From contig CBDCOZ010000003.1 of NCBI GenBank assembly GCA_965220085.1, positions 1,888,001 through 1,952,000 of the forward strand: 64,000 nucleotides of DNA, in the 5' to 3' direction. Under the pieces are notes generated by a model. It made no database searches and was not told the DNA's origin. It worked only from the letters and a program-made list of their open reading frames with translations. Source of the stretch: Candidatus Oxydemutatoraceae bacterium. GTDB taxonomy: Bacteria > Pseudomonadota > Gammaproteobacteria > Poriferisulfidales > Oxydemutatoraceae. Each line of letters begins with the position of its first letter. Position 1 is the first letter of the stretch. The translations under genes and the position numbers were made by a program. This document shows positions 40,211 to 49,753 of the stretch, one piece after another.

Positions 40211-40340
40211 GTTGGCATAGTCCGTTCAATAAGGGCGCCTCCTATATGCCGAGGCAACTCTATTCTATCAATTTTCCCTTCTCCTTCATATGTGATGCAT
40301 GATGCCACATCTGTAGTACAATGTGCGCACCTGTTGTTTT

Positions 40341-40515
40341 ATGGAGTTTGTTATGTTTGTCTGCCGTTTTGTCTTGATTGTCTGCGCCCTGTTGCCAGTG
40401 CCGTTTGCCAGTGCGGATGCTCCCCTGCATGAAGCCGCCAAGGATGGCACCCCCGCCGATATTGTCCGCCTGGTCGCTGAGGGGGCGGATGCAAACAAGC
40501 GTGACGAGAATGGCG
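40341..40515 (+). pseudogene. truncated secreted ankyrin-repeat gene
   Basis: Signal peptide then PLHEAAKDG...IVRLVAEGADANKRDENG; collides with an opposite-strand signal-peptide fragment (~40515-40724). Confidence 0.65.
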
Positions 40516-40801
40516 AATGCTTCGCCGGTTTGCGGTTTTTGGAGGCACTCGGCGTTGACGCCATAGGTTGCGCCGGGGGGGATGGCGCGGAATTGGGCGG
40601 GGTTTTGGCTGTTGTTGCGGAGGCGGATTTTGTCGCAGGCGCGGACTTCGGGCGCGAGGATTGCGGCGCAGGCCATCGCAACCGCAAGGGCGGCGATTCG
40701 CTTGGACATCGTGCGGTTGCGCATGACGGGATTATGGCGCCGTCGCGCCTGAAATGAAATTAAAATCCGCCCCCCGTCGTTTTGCGTTATAATTGCCGCC
40801 G

Positions 40802-42028
40802 ATGTCGACCGCTTTGAACGCCGCTTTGGAAACGCCGGGGGTTTTGCCGGGGGTTTTGCCGCCGCCTGCGCTTTCCGCGCCGGAGGTTGACGCGGAAAGG
40901 CGCGCGCTGGCGGCTCTGGCGGAGACCGACTGGGATTTTCGCGGCGCAAGCACCGGCGGCGCTACCCACGGCTTTCATCCTTATCCGGCCCGCTTTATCC
41001 CTCAAATTCCCGCCGCCCTGATTTGCGCCTTCACCCGGCCGGGGGAGGTTGTCTACGACCCGTTTGTCGGCGGCGGAACAACCTGCGTGGAGGCCAATCT
41101 GGCCGGCCGCGACGCGCTGGGCGGCGATGTGAACGGACTCGCCGTTCTTGTCTCGCGCGTTAAAACCCGCCCGTTGCCGGAGGGCGCCGTTGCGGCGATT
41201 TTGGAAACCGCCGAGCGCGCGCGCAAGCGCGTGGAAAACTCAAACGGCGAATCTTGGGAGACGCCCGCGCCGTCCGCCGAATGGTTTGAGGGTTTTGTCG
41301 CGCGCGAAATCGCCGCCGTCAAGGGGGAGATTATGCGCCTGCCGAGCGTCCCGCGGGAATTTTGCCTTGTCGCGCTTTCGGCGATTTTGGTCGGCGTTTC
41401 CAGGCAGGACAGCGACACGCGGTATGTCCGCGTCCGCAAGAATTTGTCGTCGGGCGACGCGGTGGCGCGCTACGGGCGGCAACTGCGAAAAATGCTGCGC
41501 CTGATGGACTCCGCCCGCGACGCCCTTTCGCGGGGGACAACCCGCGCGCGCGTTTCCGACAGCCGCGTCCCCGGCGCCTTTGCGGAAAACTCCGCGGACT
41601 TTGTCGCGACCTCCCCGCCGTATCCGAACGCCTACGATTATCATCTGTATCACCGCCACCGCCTGCTGTGGCTGGGCATGGACCCCGCCGAATTAAAGCG
41701 GCGCGAAATCGGCGCGCACGCGCATTACTCGCGCCGGAACGGCTTGGACGAAAACGACTTTCGCCGCGACATGGAGAAGGTTTTTCGCGCATCGTCCCGC
41801 ATCCTGAAGCGCGGGCGGCATTTCGCCCTGGTGGTGGGCGACTCCATTCTGCACGGGCGGCGCGTCCGCAACAGCGAGGTGGTGAAGGCGGCGGCGGCGG
41901 CGGCTGGATTTTCGCCGGTCGCGGATTTCCGCCGCCGGATGGATTCGCGGAAAAAATCCTTCAACCCCGCGCACGGCAACATCCATGCCGAGGACATTGT
42001 GATTCTGCGAAACGACCGGAGGCGATGA
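40802..42028 (+). CDS. amino-methyltransferase 1 (N4-C/N6-A)
   Basis: THGFHPYPARF, DPFVGGGTT, TSPPY. Confidence 0.9.
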   Translation: MSTALNAALETPGVLPGVLPPPALSAPEVDAERRALAALAETDWDFRGASTGGATHGFHPYPARFIPQIPAALICAFTRPGEVVYDPFVGGGTTCVEANLAGRDALGGDVNGLAVLVSRVKTRPLPEGAVAAILETAERARKRVENSNGESWETPAPSAEWFEGFVAREIAAVKGEIMRLPSVPREFCLVALSAILVGVSRQDSDTRYVRVRKNLSSGDAVARYGRQLRKMLRLMDSARDALSRGTTRARVSDSRVPGAFAENSADFVATSPPYPNAYDYHLYHRHRLLWLGMDPAELKRREIGAHAHYSRRNGLDENDFRRDMEKVFRASSRILKRGRHFALVVGDSILHGRRVRNSEVVKAAAAAAGFSPVADFRRRMDSRKKSFNPAHGNIHAEDIVILRNDRRR

Positions 42029-43566
42029 TTCAGCGCGAACTGATCTTTGCGGAGCATCCGCTTCGCCCGCGCGAGCGCGAACTGATCTTTGCGGAGTATC
42101 CGCTTCGCCCGCACGAGCGCGAACTGGCGCTGATGGAGTTGCGCGGACTGTTGCCGGACGCGCGCATTCGGGGCGGCGGCGGCGCGTTGCTGCTGAAAAC
42201 ATCCGACCCGGACGCGGACGAGAAAATTCGCCGTCTGGCGTTTTTTTCCCGCTTTCGCGGCGACGGGGGCTGGTGCTTCACGGCGCAACGCGAACTGGAG
42301 GCGCTGGACGGCGGGCGTCCGGGCGTCCGCAACATTCGCTATCTGGCGCACGGACTGCACGAATACAAGGGGCGCTTTTACCCGCAACTGGGCAAGGCGC
42401 TGATGAACGCGGCGGGCGGCGGACAAGGCGCGGCGCTGGACCCTTTCTGCGGATGCGGAACGCTGCTGCTGGAGGCGGCGCTGAACAACACGCCGGCCGT
42501 CGGAGTGGACATCAATCCGGTGGGCTGGATGATTGCGCGCGCTAAAATCGCCGCCCTGCGCCTGGGCGAAAAAAGCGCCGAAAGAATGCGCGACGCCTTC
42601 GCCGGCGAAAAGCCGCCCGCCGACGCGCCCCCGATTCCGGACGGCGCAAACATGGAATACCTGCGGCGCTGGTTTCCCGAATCCAATCTGCGGGAAATCC
42701 TGCGGCTGGACGCGGAAATTCAGGGGGCGTTTTCCGGCGCGGCGCGGCTTTTTCTGCGGGTGGTTTTGAGCGAATCACTGAAGCGCTTTTCATGGCAGGC
42801 CCCGGGCGAGCAACGCGTTCGGCGCAGAAAAGATTCGCCGCCGGACAATGTGCGGGCGTTTTTCCGCGAGCGGCTTTTCTTTCACCTCGCCAAGACGGAC
42901 GCGTTGCGGCGGACGCGGCGGACGACTCCGCCGCGGGCGGACGCGCGGCTGGGCGACGCGCGCAGTTTGCCGGTGGATTCGGGCTCGGCGGACTTTGTGG
43001 TGACCTCGCCGCCCTACGCGACGGCGTTGCCGTACATAGACGCGGACCGCCTGTCGCTGTTTTTCTTCGGCCTGGCGGACCGCAAAACATTCGCCGACCT
43101 GGAGCGGCGCTCCATCGGCAACCGCGAAATATCCGTCGGCGACCGCCGGGCCTGGGAGGCGCGAATCGCGCGCGCCCGGGCGGATTCGGAGTTGCCGGGG
43201 GAGGTTTTGGACTTTTTGGAGGAGGTGCGGGACCGCAACGCCGCGTCGGATTCCGGCTTTCGCCGCCGCAACACCGCCGCATTGCTGTGCAAGTATTTTC
43301 TGGACATGCGCGACGCCCTGCGGGAAATGCGCCGGGCGCTGAAGCCGCGCGGCCCGGCGGCGCTGGTGGTCGGCGACAACTTCACCGTCGCCGGCGGGCG
43401 GCGGATGGAGATTCCCACCGCCCGCTTTATCAATCTGATTGCGGAGCAAAACGGCTTTCGCCTGCGCCGCGCCGTCTCCACCGCGCCGCCGACCGCCTAC
43501 AACATATACTCCCGCAACGCCATACGGCGGGAGACCGTCTCCTTTCTGCAAAAGGCGGAAAAATGA
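42025..43566 (+). CDS. amino-methyltransferase 2 (N4-C/N6-A)
   Basis: HGLHEYKGRFYPQL, DPFCGCGT, TSPPY; ATGA overlap; 42-bp in-frame duplication at the N-terminus. Confidence 0.9.
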   Translation: MIQRELIFAEHPLRPRERELIFAEYPLRPHERELALMELRGLLPDARIRGGGGALLLKTSDPDADEKIRRLAFFSRFRGDGGWCFTAQRELEALDGGRPGVRNIRYLAHGLHEYKGRFYPQLGKALMNAAGGGQGAALDPFCGCGTLLLEAALNNTPAVGVDINPVGWMIARAKIAALRLGEKSAERMRDAFAGEKPPADAPPIPDGANMEYLRRWFPESNLREILRLDAEIQGAFSGAARLFLRVVLSESLKRFSWQAPGEQRVRRRKDSPPDNVRAFFRERLFFHLAKTDALRRTRRTTPPRADARLGDARSLPVDSGSADFVVTSPPYATALPYIDADRLSLFFFGLADRKTFADLERRSIGNREISVGDRRAWEARIARARADSELPGEVLDFLEEVRDRNAASDSGFRRRNTAALLCKYFLDMRDALREMRRALKPRGPAALVVGDNFTVAGGRRMEIPTARFINLIAEQNGFRLRRAVSTAPPTAYNIYSRNAIRRETVSFLQKAEK

Positions 43567-44669
43567 GGGCGACCCTGCTGCGCGGCGAAAGGAGGACCGG
43601 CGCGGCCCTCGCCGAAATTCTTGAGGGCGGAATCCGGCGAGACTTCCGCTTTGCCGTCGCCTACGCGCGCGCGTCCGGGGCGGCGATTTTGGAAAAGCCG
43701 CTCCGGCAATTCATCAGCGGCGGCGGCGCGGCGCAGGGCATTGTGGGAGTCAATCAGGGCAACACCTCGTATCAGGGGCTGGCGCTGCTGGCCGATGTCA
43801 TCGGCGACGGGCTGCATTTGCGATGCGCACGAAAGGGCGGCGCGATTTTTCATCCGAAACTGTATTTCTTCGGCGACGCGGCCGGGGAAGTTGCGCCCGC
43901 ATCGGTCGTGGTTGGCTCCTCCAACCTGACCCGCGGCGGGCTGCAGGGCAACGAGGAATGCGACGCGCTGCTGGAAAACTTCTCAACGCGCGACGACAGG
44001 GAGTTTGCCGAGTCGGTCGGGGATTTCTGGGAGGGACTGCGCGTCAACAGCGCTAACTTCGCCACCATTCGGGCGAATCCGGACATCCTGAAAGCCCTGC
44101 TGGAGTGCGGCGCGCTGGTTGACGAAAATAAATCGGCGAAAAGGGCCGCGGCGACTCCGAAGGTAATTGAGGAAGCGTTGTCCCGGATTCTGGCAGATGC
44201 CGCCGTTTCGCAGCATGGAATTTTCGCCATGACGCTCAGCGGCTTTGACACCAGCAAGCGAGGCGCGGATCCGGTCGTTCTCATTCCGGTGAGCGCCCGC
44301 GACGAGGACCCGAGATTCTGGTTTTGGCCGGATTTTTTCCAGCGCGAAAAAAAGCTGCTCGGCATGCATTTGGATTCGTCGGTGGACATGGACGGCGAAA
44401 CGCATCCGGAGCAGGTGCGGCTTTACGACTATCCGGACAAGACCGAGTTTCGCCTGAAGTCCGAGATTGTGAAGCGCCGCGGAAACAAGGGCGACATTTT
44501 GGTTGTCCGCCGCAACGGCGACGAGATGCGCCTTTCCGTGATTCGGCGGGATGCGCCGGAGCATGCGACGTGCTTGCGCCGCCTGACTAATCGCGTTTCC
44601 CCGATGAAGCAGTACGGCTATTTCAACCGCATGTGGAGGCGGGGGATGCGGACAGGCTCATCTGTATGA
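43563..44669 (+). CDS. PLD (HKD)-family restriction endonuclease
   Basis: FHPKLYFF...VVGSSNLTRGGL..NEE; ATGA overlap with MTase 2. Confidence 0.85.
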   Translation: MRATLLRGERRTGAALAEILEGGIRRDFRFAVAYARASGAAILEKPLRQFISGGGAAQGIVGVNQGNTSYQGLALLADVIGDGLHLRCARKGGAIFHPKLYFFGDAAGEVAPASVVVGSSNLTRGGLQGNEECDALLENFSTRDDREFAESVGDFWEGLRVNSANFATIRANPDILKALLECGALVDENKSAKRAAATPKVIEEALSRILADAAVSQHGIFAMTLSGFDTSKRGADPVVLIPVSARDEDPRFWFWPDFFQREKKLLGMHLDSSVDMDGETHPEQVRLYDYPDKTEFRLKSEIVKRRGNKGDILVVRRNGDEMRLSVIRRDAPEHATCLRRLTNRVSPMKQYGYFNRMWRRGMRTGSSV

Positions 44670-44789
44670 CGCCCCCTGCGCTATGTAGCCGATTGGCGCA
44701 CCCCCGCCAACATCGCCGCTGAGTCATAAAATCAGTTGATGGCAGGGCACCATAATACAAAGCGCAAGCGGCGATAGCCGGAACAGCTG

Positions 44790-45577
44790 TGCTTGGCGCG
44801 CCAGCGGATGTCCATGCCCTTCGCTTCTTGTTCGTTGCTCACGCGCACACCGCCATAAGTCGATTTGCGTTAATCGGCATAGGAAGGGGAAGTCACTATC
44901 AAGTCGACCGTGTCGCTGCCCATATCAGACAGCGCCTTCAGCGCATCCCCGTGGCGGATTTCCGGCCTCGATAATTTGGTCATAGCAGACATAATACGCG
45001 ATGCCTCCGCACTCAGACTTGTCAGAGGTTGTAGCCTTTCTCGTCGTGCCGGTGGATGTCCAGGCCCTGCGCTTCTTGTTCGCTGCTCACGCGCAGGCCG
45101 ACCAGTAGCCCGGTCACTTTCAGAATGACGAAGCTGATGAGCGCAGTCCACAGCAACACGGCTATGACGCCGATGAGTTGCGCTTGAAACTGCCCGCCCG
45201 TTGTCATCCCTTCCGCAAAGCCGGCGCCGCCCAAGATAATAGCGGCAATACCATTGAAACCAGCCGCGCGGGTCTTGCGGGTGAATCCATCCCTTGTCGC
45301 GCCACACGCTGAGCGGCTGGCTGGCATTGACACCGAAGAAGTTCAACTCTTTGTGGCGCAGGCCATCGGGTGACAACCTTGCATCCTTGAACCAACTCTG
45401 CGGCAAGTCAGATGGTTTGTCACTGAAGTACAGCCCGCCGAATACGCCAAGCACAAGCATCTCCTTGGGTGTCAGTTCGGGCTTAAACTCTTTGGCAAAG
45501 CTTTTACCGGCAGGCTCCGTGAGTACATAACGATAACCCTTCTGATAGCTATCGGAGTAGCATACTGTTCTTACCAT
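44790..45577 (-). pseudogene. mosaic of gene fragments: hypothetical-gene 5' part, amtB 3' ends, MTase 5' end
   Basis: Pieces homologous to 39370-39716, 49754-49965 and 49585-49740. Confidence 0.85.
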
Positions 45578-45676
45578 ATTGAGATAATTGGCAATTCGCC
45601 GATATGCTTTTGGTTATTAACTATCAACCGGAAAGAGTGGCTTCATAGCGTGACTATCTGCGAACCTAAAATGCTT

Positions 45677-46159
45677 TCAAGGCCTTAGCACAGGCCGCTT
45701 TAACTGTCGCCTGAAACGCCGAGCGTGATAGACAAGTTCATACGCAGCATCTTCAATTTCTTCCAAACGGCCCTTTTCTGCATCCCTGCCTACAACCCTA
45801 AAATTACCTTTTGTTATAGATTCGTGAAAATGATTCACCTTTTCCTGTACCCTTTCATTTAAGCTTTCTTCCTGCTTGAAAAGATCATCGACTGCCTTCC
45901 CGATAAAAGTCAACCTTGCGGATATTGATACTTCTTCTGAAACCAGCAGAGCACTATCCTTAGCATCCTGCGCCCAATAAGTTATTGCTCGGTCACGAAT
46001 ATCAAATGTTGCTTCGACAATCGTATTAAGATTATCATCCTGCTGAATAGTTTGCAGAGAAGCCCCCCTTACAAAGTAGTCAAAACCCACTTTTATGGCA
46101 ACGCCAATGATAACAAGGACAACCGGAGATAAATATGGAGCAATGGCATCTAACACCAT
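45677..46159 (-). CDS. membrane-anchored hypothetical protein downstream of STAS
   Basis: N-terminal TM helix; intact 160-aa ORF. Confidence 0.7.
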   Translation of the reverse strand: MVLDAIAPYLSPVVLVIIGVAIKVGFDYFVRGASLQTIQQDDNLNTIVEATFDIRDRAITYWAQDAKDSALLVSEEVSISARLTFIGKAVDDLFKQEESLNERVQEKVNHFHESITKGNFRVVGRDAEKGRLEEIEDAAYELVYHARRFRRQLKRPVLRP

Positions 46160-46178
46160 ACAACGCCTTTAAGAAATT

Positions 46179-46534
46179 CTACTCAGCCTTAGCCTTAGCA
46201 ACCTTTTCGGCCATGCGGATATAGTCTTTAATCAGGGTAATGAAACGCGGGTAGCCGGGCTCTTTGGCAACAAACTCAAATGTTGATTCAATCTGTTCTG
46301 CAGAGTAACCTTTCCGGACAAGACCACCAAAAGCCTCTTCAAGAAACGAAGACGGGTAACCACGCGCACCGTCCAGAATAATTTTTACCTTCTCACCAGA
46401 TTTAATTTTTGGGATAAGGAATTTCTCTCGGAAGTCAGTTCCGTTACCCTTCCCATCTTTCGGATAACGCCCGCCCGGGAACGCCCGCCCGGGTGCTGAT
46501 TGAAATCTTCTGCAATGTTAATTATTTTCGTCAT
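46179..46534 (-). pseudogene. STAS-like (DUF4325-like) paralog frameshifted by a 14-bp duplication
   Basis: AACGCCCGCCCGGG duplicated near 46466-46493; homologous to 39869-40210. Confidence 0.85.
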
Positions 46535-46583
46535 ATCGGTATAGTCCATTCAATAAGGGTGCCTCCTATATGCCGAGGCAACT

Positions 46584-47672
46584 CTATTCTATCAATTTTC
46601 CCTTCTCCTTCATATGTGATGTATGATGCCAGTACATATTGGAAACTTTGGGCAAATATTGTGTAATTTGTGCCATAGGTGTTTGGAGCCTCAATCCATA
46701 ATGTGGTCGTTGGGTATTAAACCATAGCAGGTAGTCTATCATACGCTCATTGAATTCCCGAATATCGGTCAGCAACAAGCCCTCTTCAAACTCCACAAAT
46801 TCTTCCTGGAGCGTGCGGTTAAAGCGTTCATTGAATGCGTTCATCTTCGGACATTTGGGATACGTGTAGCAGTGCCGGATACCTTGCTCTTGCAGGCAGC
46901 GATCAAACGCGCCGCAGAACTCGGAGCCGTTGTCGGTGAGCACTTGCTCTATCTTGGCGGGGAACACTTCCATCATCAGCTTCATAAAGAACTCGGCAGC
47001 GATGCTGTTGCCACGAGGGACGCCGATAGCAAAGCCAAACCGGCTATACAAATCTACGGCCGTGAACAGATAGCGACGCTGACCTTGAATAAACCGTTGC
47101 ACGGTATCCATGGCGATGCAATGCCCGATACGCTTTGCATTGAAACCCTTTTCAAGACGCTCCTTGCGCTTGCTTTGCGGTGTGCGTTGCCGACGCGGTT
47201 TTGCGGGCACCCAGCGCATCTTATCGGCTTCGCCGGCAATCAGTCGCGCGATGGTGCGCGGCTTGGGACAACGCAAGCCGCGCTCGTCACACCACGGTTG
47301 AATCAGCAGGTATATCTTGGGTGCGCCGTAGGGATAGTTTTCGCGGTGTCGCCGAATCTCGTCGATAATCTCCGGAGGCCAGTCGCGCCGGCGTGGCTGG
47401 CGCGGGCAAGTGCTCTGATTGATTAAGCCGTTAATGCCATAAAGCCGATATTGTCTCCGCCACTCATAGAGCGATGATTTGCTGATGTGGTAAGCGTCCA
47501 TGCTGGCTTTTATGTTGTGGTTCTCCCATAATATAAGGGCTTCAAGTTTCTGTTTTGCTTTATAGCTCATAGTTGCCTCGTCTATTGAAAAAGCAGCTAT
47601 TTTATAGAAACCTTTGACGCCGTAGCCGATGTGTTGATATTGCATGTCGGCTACGTTTGTTGTTGAAGCCAA
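46584..47672 (-). CDS. IS481-family transposase
   Basis: Same motifs as copy 1; terminates in flanking DNA. Confidence 0.93.
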   Translation of the reverse strand: MASTTNVADMQYQHIGYGVKGFYKIAAFSIDEATMSYKAKQKLEALILWENHNIKASMDAYHISKSSLYEWRRQYRLYGINGLINQSTCPRQPRRRDWPPEIIDEIRRHRENYPYGAPKIYLLIQPWCDERGLRCPKPRTIARLIAGEADKMRWVPAKPRRQRTPQSKRKERLEKGFNAKRIGHCIAMDTVQRFIQGQRRYLFTAVDLYSRFGFAIGVPRGNSIAAEFFMKLMMEVFPAKIEQVLTDNGSEFCGAFDRCLQEQGIRHCYTYPKCPKMNAFNERFNRTLQEEFVEFEEGLLLTDIREFNERMIDYLLWFNTQRPHYGLRLQTPMAQITQYLPKVSNMYWHHTSHMKEKGKLIE

Positions 47673-47700
47673 GAATCCAGAATGTTTCTGGCATTATGCA
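46620..47700 (-). mobile_element. IS481-family element, copy 2, with 5-bp target duplication TGTGA
   Basis: Near-identical to copy 1; TGTGA at 46615-46619 and 47701-47705. Confidence 0.93.
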
Positions 47701-48867
47701 TGTGACCTGACCTTTGCCGCTCAATATGCGTACTTTGCCTTTCTTAAGCTGATCTACAGGAGATACAATATCTTTCAGCCCTTTACCATGTCCCGATTTT
47801 GGTTCCCTAGATGTTCTGGAAATATCCAGTGCTGCCTCAATCATTTTTGCATGCTCTTGTAGCACTTTATCAGAAAGTGGAAATCTCTGAGCAAGCCACC
47901 TCTGTAACTCCTGCGAACGCTTCCATCTTGGCAATGTCGCAGCAATGCCAACACCTTGATCGTAAGCAATAAACCTAACCGCTGATTTCTTTTCCGACAA
48001 ACTCCCGGTTACCCACCATTGGTTTTTAATAGGGGGAAAGTTGTACTTGTGTTTGTCAGGATACCCATGCTCTACGCTGTTATATACCGCCTCTATTAAT
48101 GCCCCATAAATAGAAGGGTCCTACCTAGCAATATTCGCTATTTCCTGCAAACGATCTTCCACTTGACCGATGCTCTCTTTATTGAGTGTGTTACCGGTTG
48201 TTAATTTGAGAGTAGTCACACTACTCTCTGAGTTACTCCTATCAAATAAATTGGGTGGCTTTATACCAAGCAACTCAAAAAAGCCAATCTCAACCAACAT
48301 TCGTCCAATTTTAGGGTCCCATTTGTCAACATCTACTGGCCCGAGAGATATTCTCATTTTCTTGCGCCATCGATCAACTTCAGCTGCAAGGACTAGGGTA
48401 GCGGCTACAGACATATCACGGATAGGCACAAGATTAATCATGACCCGTTTATTCCTCCATTCCCCTTGTGTGTATTTCTTAAGGTTATATAGGAATTTAA
48501 CAGTTTCCTTGTAATTCTCTGGTGAAAAGCTGAGAGCCTTTGGCGCGCTGATTACGATAGCATCCCTGCTTTTCTTTTCCTTACGCGGTGATTGCGCCTT
48601 AGCCTTATCTCTGAGCCTCTTGAGTCGTCTTCGATGGCAGTTATGCTCCCCGTGCTTCAAAGCTCTGGTAGAAAGTTTCTCCTTTTCTAGACTACTTTGG
48701 TAACGCATATTAATTAAGGTAACAAACTGGTATAGATATATACAATTTCTAAATCAAGGGGTGGCATTTTGTGAATGGTGACAAGCTCTGTGAGCACATA
48801 GCGATAACCTTTCTGATAGCCATCGGAGTAATGTACATCTTTCCTCGCACACCGAGAGCATTCTATG

Positions 48868-49722
48868 CTATTGGGTAATATACGCCGGAGTCGTTAGGCG
48901 ACAGGAATTGATCTTTTCCAAAACCATGTCGCAATATTCTTCAACGATGTCAATCCCTATGGCATGACGGTTCAGGTCCATGGCCGCATATATCGTTGTG
49001 CCCGATCCCATGAATGGGTCCAACACCGTATCGCCCTCATCGGTAAACAACTTGATGAACCACTCGGGAAGGTGGCGTGGGAATGTAGCGCTGTGGTTAC
49101 GGTTTGCACATTCTGTAGCCATGTGAAGAACATTTGTCGGATAGGCCATGCTGCGCCCCAGCCAATTGGATATGTTCTTGCCGAACCCACTCTCGGCCTT
49201 GGACTCGTCGCGCCGCTTGTCGGTATCGCTGAGGTTTTTCAAGCGTGTATTGGCCCAGTCGCCCATCGGCACCATGACAGCTTCCTGATTCATCTTGAAC
49301 TGCTTACTCTTATTAAAATGTAGCAACCTTTCCCATGCATCGCGGAAACGATTCGGCCACTTGCCCGGATAACAGTTGCGTTTGTGCCAAATATATTCGT
49401 CAGTCCAGTACCAGCCCCGTTCGCGCATACCGAGAATGAGTTCCAGTACATAAGTGTGCCGCTCTCCGGCAACGACCCGCTCCTTAATATTGAGGACAAA
49501 ACTGCCTGTAGGTTTTAAGACCCGTAAGAATTCGTCTGTATAAGGCATAAACCAGTCAACATATTTGTCGGGAGACACACCACCATAAGTTGATTTGCGT
49601 TGATCCGCATAGGGAGGGGAAGTCACTATCAAGTCGACCGTGTCGCCGCCCATATCGGATAGCACCTTCAGTGCGTCCCCATGGCAGATTTCCGGCGCTA
49701 ACAGATTGGTCATGGTAGACAT
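48868..49722 (-). CDS. solitary beta-class DNA amino-methyltransferase
   Basis: VTSPPY, HSATFP, LDPFMGSGTT. Confidence 0.9.
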   Translation of the reverse strand: MSTMTNLLAPEICHGDALKVLSDMGGDTVDLIVTSPPYADQRKSTYGGVSPDKYVDWFMPYTDEFLRVLKPTGSFVLNIKERVVAGERHTYVLELILGMRERGWYWTDEYIWHKRNCYPGKWPNRFRDAWERLLHFNKSKQFKMNQEAVMVPMGDWANTRLKNLSDTDKRRDESKAESGFGKNISNWLGRSMAYPTNVLHMATECANRNHSATFPRHLPEWFIKLFTDEGDTVLDPFMGSGTTIYAAMDLNRHAIGIDIVEEYCDMVLEKINSCRLTTPAYITQ

Positions 49723-49753
49723 GATACACGATGCCTCTTTGGATATATTTTTC

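Larger units (their letters stand above)
46531..48708 (-). pseudogene. GHKL/histidine-kinase-like ATPase gene with in-frame TAG (48121-48123) and IS481 insertion
   Basis: Read-through gives EAVYNSVEHGY (N-box), YDQGVGI (G1), GHGKGL; resumes after the IS as VTYEGEG...GGTLIEW. Confidence 0.85.

Noticed and set aside
41362-43562. N-terminal extensions of MTase 2 (from 41362) and the PLD nuclease (from 42792)
   Set aside because: GC-rich shadow frames; ATGA-coupled starts at 42025 and 43563 fit better
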